The notes beneath the pieces are model-generated. The model made no database searches and was not told the origin of the DNA. It saw only the letters and a program-made list of their open reading frames with translations. The position numbers and the translations under genes were made by a program. From Eledone cirrhosa (Eukaryota): 64,000 bases of DNA. Where the stretch lies: the NCBI GenBank assembly GCA_964016885.1, contig OZ024744.1, positions 26,040,001 through 26,104,000 on the forward strand. The letters are read 5' to 3'. Each line of letters opens with the position of its first letter. Within the stretch, counting starts at the first letter, position 1. Positions 38,601-53,600 of the stretch are shown piece after piece.

Positions 38601-41600
38601 CTTGTGGTAGTTGTGGTGGTAGTGGTGGTAGTGGTGCTGGTGGTTGTGGTCATGGTGGTAGCAGTTGTTGTGTCATGGTGATGGTATTGATGGTGAAGCT
38701 TGTGGTAGTTGTGGTAGTTGTGGTGGTAGTGGTGCTGGTGGTTGTGGTCATGGTGGTAGCAGTTGTTGTGTCATGGTGGTAGTATTGATGCTGAAGCTTG
38801 TGGTAGTTGTGGAGGAAGTGGTGGTAGTGGTGCTGATGGTAGTGGTCATGGTGGTAGCAGTTGTTCTGTCATGGTGGTGGTATTGATGGTGAAGCTTGTG
38901 GTAGTTGGGGTGGTAGTGGTAGTAGTGGTGCTGGTGGTTGTGGTCATGGTGGTAGCAGTTGTTGTGTCATGGTGGTAGTATTGATGGTGAAGCTTGTGGT
39001 AGTTGTGGTGGTACTGGTGGTAGTGGTGCTGGTGGTTGTGGTCATGGTGGTAGCAGTTGTTGTGTCATGGTGGTAGTATTGATGGTGAAGCTTGTGGTAG
39101 TTGTGGTAGTTGTGGTGGTAGTGGTGCTGGTGGTTGTGGTCATGGTGGTAGCAGTTGTTGTGTCATGGTGGTAGTATTGATGGTGAAGCTTGTGGTAGTT
39201 GTGGTGGTAGTGGTGGTAGTGGTGCTGATGGTAGTGGTCATGGTGGTAGCAGTTGTTGTGTCATGGTGGTAGTATTGAGTGTGAATCTTGTGGTAGTAGT
39301 GGTGGTAGTGGTGGTAGTGGTGCTGGTGGTTGTGGTCATGGTGGTAGCAGTTGTTGTGTCATGGTGGTAGTATTGATGGTGAAGCTTGTGGTAGTTGTGG
39401 TAGTAGTGGTGGTAGTGGTGCTGATGGTAGTGGTCATGGTGGTAGCAGTTGTTCTGTCATGGTGGTGGTATTGATTGTGAAGCTTGTGGTAGTTGTGGTG
39501 GTAGTGGTGGTAGTGGTGCTGGTGGTTGTGGTCATGGTGGTAGCAGTTGTTGTGTCATGGTGGTGGTATTGATGGTGAAGCTTGTGGTAGTTGTGGTGGT
39601 AGTGGTGGTAGTGGTGCTGGTGGTTGTGGTGATGGTGGTAGCAGTTGTTCTGTCATGGTGGTGGTATTGATGGTGAAGCTTGTGGTAGTTGTGGTGGTAG
39701 TGGTGGTAGTGGTGCCGGTGGTTGTGGTCATGGTGGTAGCAGTTGTTGTGTCATGGTGGTAGTATTGATGGTGAACTTTGTGGTAGTTGTGGTGGTAGTG
39801 GTGGTAGTGGTGCTGGTGGTTGTGGTCATGGTGGTAGCAGTTGTTGTGTCATGGTGATGGTATTGATGGTGAAGCTTGTGGTAGTTGTGGTAGTTGTGGT
39901 GGTAGTGGTGCTGGTGGTTGTGGTCATGGTGGTAGCAGTTGTTGTGTCATGGTGGTAGTATTGATGCTGAAGCTTGTGGTAGTTGTGGTGGAAGTGGTGG
40001 TAGTGGTGCTGATGGTAGTGGTCATGGTGGTAGCAGTTGTTCTGTCATGGTGGTGGTATTGATGGTGAAGCTTGTGGTAGTTGGGGTGGTAGTGGTGGTA
40101 GTGGTGCTGGTAGTTGTGGTCATGGTGGTAGCAGTTGTTGTGTCATGGTGGTGGTATTGATGGTGAAGTTTGTGGTAGTTGTGGTGGTAGTGGTGGTAGT
40201 GGTGCTGGTGGTTGTGGTCATGGTGGTAGCAGTTGTTGTGTCATGGTGGTAGTATTGATGCTGAAGCTTGTGGTAGTTGTGGTGGAAGTGGTGGTAGTGG
40301 TGCTGATGGTAGTGGTCATGGTGGTAGCAGTTGTTCTGTCATGGTGGTGGTATTGATGGTGAAGCTTGTGGTAGTTGGGGTGGTAGTGGTGGTAGTGGTG
40401 CTGGTAGTTGTGGTCATGGTGGTAGCAGTTGTTGTGTCATGGTGGTGGTATTGATGGTGAAGTTTGTGGTAGTTGTGGTGGTAGTGGTGGTAGTGGTGCT
40501 GGTGGTTGTGGTCATGGTGGTAGCAGTTGTTGTGTCATGGTGGTAGTATTGATGGTGAAGCTTGTGGTAGTTGTGATGGTAGTGGTGGTAGTGGTGCTGG
40601 TGGTTGTGGTCATGGTGGTAGCAGTTGTTCTGTCATGGTGGTGGTATTGATGGTGAAGCTTGTGGTAGTTGGGGTGGTAGTGGTGGTAGTGGTGCTGGTG
40701 GTTGTGGTCATGGTGGTAGCAGTTGTTGTGTCATGGTGATGGTATTGATGGTGAAGCTTGTGGTAGTTGTGGTAGTTGTGGTGGTAGTGGTGCTGGTGGT
40801 TGTGGTCATGGTGGTAGCAGTTGTTGTGTCATGGTGGTAGTATTGATGCTGAAGCTTGTGGTAGTTGTGGTGGAAGTGGTGGTAGTGGTGCTGATGGTTG
40901 TGGTCATGGTGGTAGCAGTTGTTCTGTCATGGTGGTGGTATTGATGGTGAAGCTTGTGGTAGTTGGGGTGGTAGTGGTGGTAGTGGTGCTGGTGGTTGTG
41001 GTCATGGTGGTAGCAGTTGTTGTGTCATGGTGGTAGTATTGATGGTGAAGCTTGTGGTAGTTGTGGTGGTAGTGGTGGTAGTGGTGCTGGTGGTTGTGGT
41101 CATGGTGGTAGAAGTTGTTGTGTCATGGTGGTAGTATTGATGGTGAAGCTTGTGGTAGTTGTGGTAGTTGTGGTGGTAGTGGTGCTGGTGGTTGTGGTCA
41201 TGGTGGTAGCAGTTGTTGTGTCATGGTGGTAGTATTGATGGTGAAGCTTGTGGTAGTTGTGGTGGTAGTGGTGGTAGTGGTGCTGATGGTAGTGGTCATG
41301 GTGGTAGCAGTTGTTGTGTCATGGTGGTAGTATTGATGGTGAATCTTGTGGTAGTTGTGGTAGTTGTGGTGGTAGTGGTGGTAGTGGTGCTGGTGGTTGT
41401 GGTGATGGTGGTAGCAGTTGTTCTGTCATGGTGGTGGTATTGACGGTGAAGCTTGTGGTAGTTGTGGTGGTAGTGGTGGTAGTGGTGCTGGTGGTTGTGG
41501 TCATGGTGGTAGCAGTTGTTGTGTCATGGTGGTAGTATTGATGGTGAAGCTTGTGGTAGTTGTGGTGGTAGTGGTGGTAGTGGTGCTGGTGGTTGTGGTC

Positions 41601-44600
41601 ATGGTGGTAGCAGTTGTTGTGTCATGGTGGTGGTATTGATGGTGAAGCTTGTGGTAGTTGTGGTGGTAGTGGTGGTAGTGGTGCTGGTAGTTGTGGTCAT
41701 GGTGGTAGCAGTTGTTGTGTCATGGCGGTAGTATTGATGGTGAAGCTGGTGGTAGTTGTGGTGGTAGTGGTGGTAGTGGTGCTGATGGTAGTGGTCATGG
41801 TGGTAGCAGTTGTTCTGTCATGGTGGTGGTATTGATGGTGAAGCTTGTGATAGTTGTGGTGGTAGTGGTGGTAGTGGTGCTGGTGGTTGTGGTCATGGTG
41901 GTAGCAGTTGTTGTGTCATGGTGGTAGTATTGATGGTGAAGCTTGTGGTAGTTGTGGTAGTTGTGGTGGTAGTGGTGCTGGTGGTTGTGGTCATGGTGGT
42001 AGCAGTTGTTGTGTCATGGTGGTAGTATTGATGGTGAAGCTTGTGGTAGTTGTGGTGGTAGTGGTGGTAGTGGTGCTGATGGTAGTGGTCATGGTGGTAG
42101 CAGTTGTTCTGTCATGGTGGTAGTATTGATGGTGAAGCTTGTGGTAGTTGTGGTGGTAGTGGTGGTAGTTGTACTGGTGGTTGTGGTCATGGTGATAGCA
42201 GTTGTTGTGTCATGGTGGTAGTATTGATGGTGAAGCTTGTGGTAGTTGTGGTGGGAGTGGTGGTAGTGGTGCTGGTGGTTGTGGTCATGGTGGTAGCTGT
42301 TGTTGTGTCATGGTGATGGTATTGATGGTGAAGCTTGTGGTAGTTGTGGTGGTAGTGGTGGTAGTGGTGCTGATGGTAGTGGTCATGGTGGTAGCAGTTG
42401 TTCTGTCATGGTGGTAGTATTGATGGTGAAGCTTGTGGTAGTTGTGGTGGTAGTGGTGGTAGTGGTACTGGTGGTTGTGGTCATGGTGATAGCAGTTGTT
42501 GTGTCATGGTGGTAGTATTGATGGTGAAGCTTGTGGTAGTTGTGGTGGTAGTGGTGGTAGTGGTGCTGATGGTAGTGGTCATGGTTATAGCAGTTGTTGT
42601 GTCATGGTGGTAGTATTGATGGTGAAGCTTGTGGTAGTTGTGGTGGTAGTGGTGGTAGTGGTGCTGATGGTAGTGGTCATGGTGGTAGCAGTTGTTCTGT
42701 CATGGTGGTGGTATTGATTGTGAAGCTTGTGGTAGTTGTGGTGGTAGTGGTGGTAGTGGTGCTGGTGGTTGTGGTCATGGTGGTAGCAGTTGTTGTGTCA
42801 TGGTGGTGGTATTGATGGTGAAGCTTGTGGTAGTTGTGGTGGTAGTGGTGGTAGTGGTGCTGGTGGTTGTGGTGATGGTGGTAGCAGTTGTTCTGTCATG
42901 GTGGTGGTATTGATGGTGAAGCTTGTGGTTGTTGTGGTGGTAGTGGTGGTAGTGGTGCCGGTGGTTGTGGTCATGGTGGTAGCAGTTGTTGTGTCATGGT
43001 GGTAGTATTGATGGTGAACTTTGTGGTAGTTGTGGTGGTAGTGGTGGTAGTGGTGCTGGTGGTTGTGGTCATGGTGGTAGCAGTTGTTGTGTCATGGTGA
43101 TGGTATTGATGGTGAAGCTTGTGGTAGTTGTGGTAGTTGTGGTGGTAGTGGTGCTGGTGGTTGTGGTCATGGTGGTAGCAGTTGTTGTGTCATGGTGGTA
43201 GTATTGATGCTGAAGCTTGTGGTAGTTGTGGTGGAAGTGGTGGTAGTGGTGCTGATGGTAGTGGTCATGGTGGTAGCAGTTGTTCTGTCATGGTGGTGGT
43301 ATTGATGGTGAAGCTTGTGGTAGTTGGGGTGGTAGTGGTGGTAGTGGTGCTGGTGGTTGTGGTCATGGTGGTAGCAGTTGTTGTGTCATGGTGGTAGTAT
43401 TGATGGTGAAGCTTGTGGTAGTTGTGGTGGTAGTGGTGGTAGTGGTGCTGGTGGTTGTGGTCATGGTGGTAGCAGTTGTTGTGTCATGGTGGTAGTATTG
43501 ATGGTGAAGCTTGTGGTAGTTGTGGTAGTTGTGGTGGTAGTGGTGCTGGTGGTTGTGGTCATGGTGGTAGCAGTTGTTGTGTCATGGTGGTAGTATTGAT
43601 GGTGAAGCTTGTGGTAGTTGTGGTGGTAGTGGTGGTAGTGGTGCTGATGGTAGTGGTCATGGTGGTAGCAGTTGTTGTGTCATGGTGGTAGTATTGATGG
43701 TGAATCTTGTGGTAGTTGTGGTAGTTGTGGTGGTAGTGGTGGTAGTGGTGCTGGTGGTTGTGGTGATGGTGGTAGCAGTTGTTCTGTCATGGTGGTGGTA
43801 TTGATGGTGAAGCTTGTGGTAGTTGTGGTGGTAGTGGTGGTAGTGGTGCTGGTGGTTGTGGTCATGGTGGTAGCAGTTGTTGTGTCATGGTGGTAGTATT
43901 GATGGTGAAGCTTGTGGTAGTTGTGGTAGTTGTGGTGGTAGTGGTGCTGGTGGTTGTGGTCATGGTGGTAGCAGTTGTTGTGTCATGGTGGTGGTATTGA
44001 TGGTGAAGCTTGTGGTAGTTGTGGTGGTATTGGTGGTAGTGGTGCTGGTAGTTGTGGTCATGGTGGTAGCAGTTGTTGTGTCATGGCGGTAGTATTGATG
44101 GTGAAGCTGGTGGTAGTTGTGGTGGTAGTGGTGGTAGTGGTGCTGATGGTAGTGGTCATGGTGGTAGCAGTTGTTCTGTCATGGTGGTGGTATTGATGGT
44201 GAAGCTTGTGGTAGTTGTGGTGGTAGTGGTGGTAGTGGTGCTGGTGGTTGTGGTCATGGTGGTAGCAGTTGTTGTGTCATGGTGGTAGTATTGATGGTGA
44301 ACTTTGTGGTAGTTGTGGTGGTAGTGGTGGTAGTGGTGCTGGTGGTTGTGGTCATGGTGGTAGCAGTTGTTGTGTCATGGTGATGGTATTGATGGTGAAG
44401 CTTGTGGTAGTTGTGGTAGTTGTGGTGGTAGTGGTGCTGGTGGTTGTGGTCATGGTGGTAGCAGTTGTTGTGTCATGGTGGTAGTATTGATGCTGAAGCT
44501 TGTGGTAGTTGTGGTGGAAGTGGTGGTAGTGGTGCTGATGGTAGTGGTCATGGTGGTAGCAGTTGTTCTGTCATGGTGGTGGTATTGATGGTGAAGCTTG

Positions 44601-47600
44601 TGGTAGTTGGGGTGGTAGTGGTGGTAGTGGTGCTGGTAGTTGTGGTCATGGTGGTAGCAGTTGTTGTGTCATGGTGGTGGTATTGATGGTGAAGTTTGTG
44701 GTAGTTGTGGTGGTAGTGGTGGTAGTGGTGCTGGTGGTTGTGGTCATGGTGGTAGCAGTTGTTGTGTCATGGTGGTAGTATTGATGGTGAAGCTTGTGGT
44801 AGTTGTGATGGTAGTGGTGGTAGTGGTGCTGGTGGTTGTGGTCATGGTGGTAGCAGTTGTTCTGTCATGGTGGTGGTATTGATGGTGAAGCTTGTGGTAG
44901 TTAGGGTGGTAGTGGTGGTAGTGGTGCTGGTGGTTGTGGTCATGGTGGTAGCAGTTGTTGTGTCATGGTGATGGTATTGATGGTGAAGCTTGTGGTAGTT
45001 GTGGTAGTTGTGGTGGTAGTGGTGCTGGTGGTTGTGGTCATGGTGGTAGCAGTTGTTGTGTCATGGTGGTAGTATTGATGCTGAAGCTTGTGGTAGTTGT
45101 GGTGGAAGTGGTGGTAGTGGTGCTGATGGTTGTGGTCATGGTGGTAGCAGTTGTTCTGTCATGGTGGTGGTATTGATGGTGAAGCTTGTGGTAGTTGGGG
45201 TGGTAGTGGTGGTAGTGGTGCTGGTGGTTGTGGTCATGGTGGTAGCAGTTGTTGTGTCATGGTGGTAGTATTGATGGTGAAGCTTGTGGTAGTTGTGGTG
45301 GTAGTGGTGGTAGTGGTGCCGGTGGTTGTGGTCATGGTGGTAGCAGTTGTTGTGTCATGCTGGTAGTATTGATGGTGAACTTTGTGGTAGTTGTGGTGGT
45401 AGTGGTGGTAGTGGTGCTGGTGGTTGTGGTCATGGTGGTAGCAGTTGTTGTGTCATGGTGATGGTATTGATGGTGAAGCTTGTGGTAGTTGTGGTTGTTG
45501 TGGTGGTAGTGGTGCTGCTGGTTGTGGTCATGGTGGTAGCAGTTGTTGTGTCATGGTGGTAGTATTGATGCTGAAGCTTGTGGTAGTTGTGGTGGTAGTG
45601 GTGGTAGTGGTGCTGGTGGTTGTGGTCATGGTGGTAGCAGTTGTTGTGTCATGGTGATGGTATTGATGGTGAAGCTTGTGGTAGTTGTGGTGGTAGTGGT
45701 GGTAGTGGTGCTGATGGTAGTGGTCATGGGGGTAGCAGTTGTTGTGTCATGGTGGTAGTATTGATGGTGAAGCTTGTGGTAATTGTGGTAGTTGTGGTGG
45801 TAGTGGTGCTGGTGGTTGTGGTCATGGTGGTAGCAGTTGTTGTGTCATGGTGGTGGTATTGATGGTGAAGCTTGTGGTAGTTGTGGTGGTAGTGGTGGTA
45901 GTGGTGGTAGTGGTGCTGGTGGTTGTGGTCATGTGGTAGCAGTTGTTCTGTCATGGTGGTGGTATTGATGGTGAAGCTTGTGGTAGTTGTGGTGGTAGTG
46001 GTGGTAGTGGTGCTGGTGGTTGTGGTCATGGTGGTAGCAGTTGTTGTGTCATGGTGGTAGTATTGATGGTGAAGCTTGTGGTAGTTGTGGTGGTAGTGGT
46101 GGTAGTGGTGCTGGTGGTTGTGGTCATGGTGGTAGCTGTTGTTGTGTCATGGTGATGGTATTGATGGTGAAGCTTGTGGTAGTTGTGGTGGTAGTGGTGG
46201 TAGTGGTGCTGGTGGTTGTGGTCATGGTGGTAGCAGTTGTTCTGTCATGGTGGTGGTATTGATGGTGAAGCTTGTGGTAGTTGTGGTGGTAGTGGTGGTA
46301 GTGGTGCTGGTGGCTGTGGTCATGGTGGTAGCAGTTGTTGTGTCATGGTGGTAGTATTGATGGTGAAGCTTGTGGTAGTTGTGGTGGTAGTGGTGGTAGT
46401 GGTGCTGATGGTAGTGGTCATGGTGGTAGCAGTTGTTCTGTCATGGTGGTGGTATTGATGGTGAAGCTTGTGGTAGTTGTGGTGGTAGTGGTGGTGGTGG
46501 TGCAGGTGGTTGTGGTCATAGTAGTAGCAGTTGTTGTGTCATGGTGGTAGTATTGATGGTGAAGCTTGTGGTAGTTGTGGTGGTAGAGGTGGTAGTGGTG
46601 CTGGTGGTTGTGGTCATGGTGGTAGCAGTTGTTGTGTCATGGTGGTAGTATTGATGGTGAAGCTTGAGGTAGTTGTGGTAGTTGTGGTGGTAGTGGTGCT
46701 GGTGGTTGTGGTCATGGTGGTAGCAGTTGTTGTGTCATGGTGGTATTATTGATGGTGAAGCTTGTGGTAGTTGTGGTGGTAGTGGTGGTAGTGGTGCTGA
46801 TGGTAGTGGTCATGGTGGTAGCAGTTGTTGTGTCATGGTGGTAGTATTGATGGTGAAGCTTGTGGTAGTTGTGGTGGTAGTGGTGGTAGTGGTGCCGGTG
46901 GTTGTGGTCATGGTGGTAGCAGTTGTTGTGTCATGGTGGTAGTATTGATGGTGAACTTTGTGGTAGTTGTGGTGGTAGTGGTGGTAGTCGTGCTGATGGT
47001 AGTGGTCATGGTGGTAGCAGTTGTTCTGTCATGGTGGTGGTATTGATGGTGAAGCTTGTGGTAGTTGTGGTGGTAGTGGTGGTAGTGGTGCTGGTGGTTG
47101 TGGTGATGGTGGTAGCAGTTGTTGTGTCATGGTGGTAGTATTGATGGTGAAGCTTGTGGTAGTTGTGGTGGTAGTGGTGGTAGTGGTGCTGGTGGCTGTG
47201 GTCATGGTGGTAGCAGTTGTTGTGTCATGGTGGTAGTATTGATGGTGAAGCTTGTGGTAGTTGTGGTGGTAGTGGTGGTAGTGGTGCTGGTGGTTGTGGT
47301 GATGGTGGTAGCAGTTGTTGTGTCATGGTGGTAGTATTGATGGTGAAGCTTGTGGTAGTTGTGGTAGTTGTGGTGGTAGTGGTGCTGGTGGTTGTGGTCA
47401 TGGTGGTAGCAGTTGTTGTGTCATGGTGGAAGTATTGATGGTGAAGCTTGCGGTAGTTGTGGTGGTAGTGGTGGTAGTGGTGTTGATGGTAGTGGTCATG
47501 GTGGTAGCAGTTGTTCTGTCATGGTGGTGGTATTGATGGTGAAGCTTGTGGTAGTTGTGGTGGTAGTGGTGGTAGTCGTGCTGGTGGCTGTGGTCATGGT

Positions 47601-50600
47601 GGTAGCAGTTGTTGTGTCATGGTGGTAGTATTGATGGTGAAGCTTGTGGTAGTTGTGGTGGTAGTGGTGGTAGTGGTGCTGGTGGTTGTGGTGATGGTGG
47701 TAGCAGTTGTTGTGTCATGGTGGTAGTATTGATGGTGAAGCTTGTGGTAGTTGTGGTAGTTGTGGTGGTAGTGGTGCTGGTGGTTGTGGTCATGGTGGTA
47801 GCAGTTGTTGTGTCATGGTGGAAGTATTGATGGTGAAGCTTGTGGTAGTTGTGGTGGTAGTGGTGGTAGTGGTGTTGATGGTGGTGGTCATGGTGGTAGC
47901 AGTTGTTCTGTCATGGTGGTGGTATTGATGGTGAAGCTTGTGGTAGTTGTGGTGGTAGTGGTGGTAGTGGTGCTGGTGATTGTGGTCATGGTGGTAGCAG
48001 TTGTTGTGTCATGGTGGTAGTATTGATGGTGAAGCTTGTGGTAGTTGTGGTGGTAGTGGTGGTAGTGGTGCTGGTGGTTGTGGTCATGGTGGTAGCAGTT
48101 GTTGTGTCATGGTGATGGTATTGATGGTGAAGCTTGTGGTAGTTGTGGTAGTTGTGGTGGTAGTGGTGCTGGTGGTTGTGGTCATGGTGGTAGCAGTTGT
48201 TGTGTCATGGTGGTAGTATTGATGCTGAAGCTTGTGGTAGTTGTGGTGGTAGTGGTGGTAGTGGTGCTGATGGTAGTGGTCATGGTGGTAGCAGTTGTTC
48301 TGTCATGGTGGTGGTATTGATGGTGAAGCTTGTGGTAGTTGGGGTGGTAGTGGTGGTAGTGGTGCTGGTGGTTGTGGTCATGGTGGTAGCAGTTGTTGTG
48401 TCATGGTGGTAGTATTGATGGTGAAGCTTGTGGTAGTTGTGGTGGTAGTGGTGGTAGTGGTGCTGGTGGTTGTGGTCATGGTGGTAGCAGTTGTTGTGTC
48501 ATGGTGGTAGTATTGATGGTGAAGCTTGTGGTAGTTGTGGTGGTAGTGGTGGTAGTGGTGCTGGTGGTTGTGGTCATGGTGGTAGCAGTTGTTGTGTCAT
48601 GGTGGTGGTATTGATGGTGAAGCTTGTGGTAGTTGTGGTGGTAGTGGTGGTAGTGGTGCTGGTAGTTGTGGTCATGGTGGTAGCAGTTGTTGTGTCATGG
48701 CGGTAGTATTGATGGTGAAGCTGGTGGTAGTTGTGGTGGTAGTGGTGGTAGTGGTGCTGATGGTAGTGGTCATGGTGGTAGCAGTTGTTCTGTCATGGTG
48801 GTGGTATTGATGGTGAAGCTTGTGATAGTTGTGGTGGTAGTGGTGGTAGTGGTGCTGGTGGTTGTGGTCATGGTGGTAGCAGTTGTTGTGTCATGGTGGT
48901 AGTATTGATGGTGAAGCTTGTGGTAGTTGTGGTAGTTGTGGTGGTAGTGGTGCTGGTGGTTGTGGTCATGGTGGTAGCAGTTGTTGTGTCATGGTGGTAG
49001 TATTGATGGTGAAGCTTGTGGTAGTTGTGGTGGTAGTGGTGGTAGTGGTGCTGATGGTAGTGGTCATGGTGGTAGCAGTTGTTCTGTCATGGTGGTAGTA
49101 TTGATGGTGAAGCTTGTGGTAGTTGTGGTGGTAGTGGTGGTAGTGGTACTGGTGGTTGTGGTCATGGTGATAGCAGTTGTTGTGTCATGGTGGTAGTATT
49201 GATGGTGAAGCTTGTGGTAGTTGTGGTGGGAGTGGTGGTAGTGGTGCTGGTGGTTGTGGTCATGGTGGTAGCTGTTGTTGTGTCATGGTGATGGTATTGA
49301 TGGTGAAGCTTGTGGTAGTTGTGGTGGTAGTGGTGGTAGTGGTGCTGATGGTAGTGGTCATGGTGGTAGCAGTTGTTCTGTCATGGTGGTAGTATTGATG
49401 GTGAAGCTTGTGGTAGTTGTGGTGGTAGTGGTGGTAGTGGTGCTGATGGTAGTGGTCATGGTGGTAGCAGTTGTTCTGTCATGGTGGTGGTATTGATTGT
49501 GAAGCTTGTGGTAGTTGTGGTGGTAGTGGTGGTAGTGGTGATGGTGGTTGTGGTCATGGTGGTAGCAGTTGTTGTGTCATGGTGGTGGTATTGATGGTGA
49601 AGCTTGTGGTAGTTGTGGTGGTAGTGGTGGTAGTGGTGCTGGTGGTTGTGGTGATGGTGGTAACAGTTGTTCTGTCATGGTGGTGGTATTGATGGTGAAG
49701 CTTGTGGTAGTTGTGGTGGTAGTGGTGGTAGTGGTGCCGGTGGTTGTGGTCATGGTGGTAGCAGTTGTTGTGTCATGGTGGTAGTATTGATGGTGAACTT
49801 TGTGGTAGTTGTGGTGGTAGTGGTGGTAGTGGTGCTGGTGGTTGTGGTCATGGTGGTAGCAGTTGTTGTGTCATGGTGATGGTATTGATGGTGAAGCTTG
49901 TGGTAGTTGTGGTAGTTGTGGTGGTAGTGGTGCTGGTGGTTGTGGTCATGGTGGTAGCAGTTGTTGTGTCATGGTGGTAGTATTGATGCTGAAGCTTGTG
50001 GTAGTTGTGGTGGAAGTGGTGGTAGTGGTGCTGATGGTAGTGGTCATGGTGGTAGCAGTTGTTCTGTCATGGTGGTGGTATTGATGGTGAAGCTTGTGGT
50101 AGTTGGGGTGGTAGTGGTGGTAGTGGTGCTGGTGGTTGTGGTCATGGTGGTAGCAGTTGTTGTGTCATGGTGGTAGTATTGATGGTGAAGCTTGTGGTAG
50201 TTGTGGTGGTAGTGGTGGTAGTGGTGCTGGTGGTTGTGGTCATGGTGGTAGCAGTTGTTGTGTCATGGTGGTAGTATTGATGGTGAAGCTTGTGGTAGTT
50301 GTGGTAGTTGTGGTGGTAGTGGTGCTGGTGGTTGTGGTCATGGTGGTAGCAGTTGTTGTGTCATGGTGGTAGTATTGATGGTGAAGCTTGTGGTAGTTGT
50401 GGTGGTAGTGGTGGTAGTGGTGCTGATGGTAGTGGTCATGGTGGTAGCAGTTGTTGTGTCATGGTGGTAGTATTGATGGTGAATCTTGTGGTAGTTGTGG
50501 TAGTTGTGGTGGTAGTGGTGGTAGTGGTGCTGGTGGTTGTGGTGATGGTGGTAGCAGTTGTTCTGTCATGGTGGTGGTATTGATGGTGAAGCTTGTGGTA

Positions 50601-53600
50601 GTTGTGGTGGTAGTGGTGGTAGTGGTGCTGGTGGTTGTGGTCATGGTGGTAGCAGTTGTTGTGTCATGGTGGTAGTATTGATGGTGAAGCTTGTGGTAGT
50701 TGTGGTAGTTGTGGTGGTAGTGGTGCTGGTGGTTGTGGTCATGGTGGTAGCAGTTGTTGTGTCATGGTGGTGGTATTGATGGTGAAGCTTGTGGTAGTTG
50801 TGGTGGTAGTGGTGGTAGTGGTGCTGGTAGTTGTGGTCATGGTGGTAGCAGTTGTTGTGTCATGGCGGTAGTATTGATGGTGAAGCTGGTGGTAGTTGTG
50901 GTGGTAGTGGTGGTAGTGGTGCTGATGGTAGTGGTCATGGTGGTAGCAGTTGTTCTGTCATGGTGGTGGTATTGATGGTGAAGCTTGTGGTAGTTGTGGT
51001 GGTAGTGGTGGTAGTGGTGCTGGTGGTTGTGGTCATGGTGGTAGCAGTTGTTGTGTCATGGTGGTAGTATTGATGGTGAAGCTTGTGGTAGTTGTGGTAG
51101 TTGAGGTGGTAGTGGTGCTGGTGGTTGTGGTCATGGTGATAGCAGTTGTTGTGTCATGGTGGTAGTATTGATGGTGAAGCTTGTGGTAGTTGTGGTGGTA
51201 GTGGTGGTAGTGGTGCTGATGGTAGTGGTCATGGTGGTAGCAGTTGTTCTGTCATGGTGGTAGTATTGATGGTGAAGCTTGTGGTAGTTGTGGTGGTAGT
51301 GGTGGTAGTTGTACTGGTGGTTGTGGTCATGGTGATAGCAGTTGTTGTGTCATGGTGGTAGTATTGATGGTGAAGCTTGTGGTAGTTGTGGTGGGAGTGG
51401 TGGTAGTGGTGCTGGTGGTTGTGGTCATGGTGGTAGCTGTTGTTGTGTCATGGTGATGGTATTGATGGTGAAGCTTGTGGTAGTTGTGGTGGTAGTGGTG
51501 GTAGTGGTGCTGATGGTAGTGGTCATGGTGGTAGCAGTTGTTCTGTCATGGTGGTAGTATTGATGGTGAAGCTTGTGGTAGTTGTGGTGGTAGTGGTGGT
51601 AGTGGTACTGGTGGTTGTGGTCATGGTGATAGCAGTTGTTGTGTCATGGTGGTAGTATTGATGGTGAAGCTTGTGGTAGTTGTGGTGGTAGTGGTGGTAG
51701 TGGTGCTGATGGTAGTGGTCATGGTTATAGCAGTTGTTGTGTCATGGTGGTAGTATTGATTATGAAGCTTGTGGTAGTTGTGGTAGTTGTGGTGGTAGTG
51801 GTGCTGGTGGTTGTGGTCATGGTGGTAGCAGTTGTTCTGTCATGGTGGTGGTATTGATGGTGAAGCTTGTGGTAGATGTGGTGGTAGTTGTGGTAGTGGT
51901 GCTGGTGGTTGTGGTCATGGTGGTAGCAGTTGTTGTGTCATGGTGGTAGTATTGATGGTGAAGTTTGTGGTAGTTGTGGTGGTAGTGGTGGTAGTGGTGC
52001 TGGTGGTTGTGGTCATGGTGGTAGCAGTTGTTCTGTCATGGTGGTGGTATTGATGGTGAAGCTTGTGGTAGTTGTGGTGGTAGTGGTGGTAGTGGTGCTG
52101 GTGGCTGTGGTCATGGTGGTAGCAGTTGTTGTGTCATGGTGGTAGTATTGATGGTGAAGCTTGTGGTAGTTGTGGTGGCAGTGGTGGTAGTGGTGCTGAT
52201 GGTAGTGGTCATGGTGGTAGCAGTTGTTCTGTCATGGTGGTGGTATTGATGGTGAAGCTTGTGGTAGTTGTGGTGGTAGTGGTGCTGGTGGTTGTGGTCA
52301 TGGTGGTAGCAGTTGTTGTGTCATGGTGGTAGTATTGATGGTGAAGCTTGTGGTAGTTGTGGTAGCTGTGGTGGTAGTGGTGCTGGTGGTTGTGGTCATG
52401 GTGGTAGCAGTTGTTGTGTCATGGTGGTAGTATTGATGGTGAAGCTTGTGGTAGTTGTGGTGGTAGTGGTGGTAGTGGTGCTGATGGTAGTGGTCATGGT
52501 GGTAGCAGTTGTTGTGTCATGGTGGTAGTATTGATGGTGAAGCTTGTGGTAGTTGTGGTGGTAGTGGTGGTAGTGGTGCCGGTGGTTGTGGTCATGGTGG
52601 TAGCAGTTGTTGTGTCATGGTGGTAGTATTGATGGTGAACTTTGTGGTAGTTGTGGTGGTAGTGGTGGTAGTGGTGCTGGTGGTTGTGGTCATGGTGGTA
52701 GCAGTTGTTGTGTCATGGTGATGGTATTGATGGTGAAGCTTGTGGTAGTTGTGGTTGTTGTGGTGGTAGTGGTGCTGCTGGTTGTGGTCATGGTGGTAGC
52801 AGTTGTTGTGTCATGGTGGTAGTATTGATGCTGAAGCTTGTGGTAGTTGTGGTGGTAGTGGTGGTAGTGGTGCTGGTGGTTGTGGTCATGGTGGTAGCAG
52901 TTGTTGTGTCATGGTGATGGTATTGATGGTGAAGCTTGTGGTAGTTGTGGTGGTAGTGGTGGTAGTGGTGCTGATGGTAGTGGTCATGGGGGTAGCAGTT
53001 GTTGTGTCATGGTGGTAGTATTGATGGTGAAGCTTGTGGTAATTGTGGTAGTTGTGGTGGTAGTGGTGCTGGTGGTTGTGGTCATGGTGGTAGCAGTTGT
53101 TGTGTCATGGTGGTGGTATTGATGGTGAAGCTTGTGGTAGTTGTGGTGGTAGTGGTGGTAGTGGTGGTAGTGGTGCTGGTGGTTGTGGTCATGTGGTAGC
53201 AGTTGTTGTGTCATGGTGGTAGTATTGATGGTGAAGCTTGTGGTAGTTGTGGTGGTAGTGGTGGTAGTGGTGCTGGTGGTTGTGGTCATGGTGGTAGCTG
53301 TTGTTGTGTCATGGTGGTAGTATTGATGGTGAAGCTTGTGGTAGTTGTGGTGGTAGTGGTGGTAGTGGTGCTGGTGGTTGTGGTCATGGTGGTAGCTGTT
53401 GTTGTGTCATGGTGATGGTATTGATGGTGAAGCTTGTGGTAGTTGTGGTGGTAGTGGTGGTAGTGGTGCTGGTGGTTGTGGTCATGGTGGTAGCAGTTGT
53501 TCTGTCATGGTGGTGGTATTGATGGTGAAGCTTGTGGTAGTTGTGGTGGTAGTGGTGGTAGTGGTGCTGGTGGCTGTGGTCATGGTGGTAGCAGTTGTTG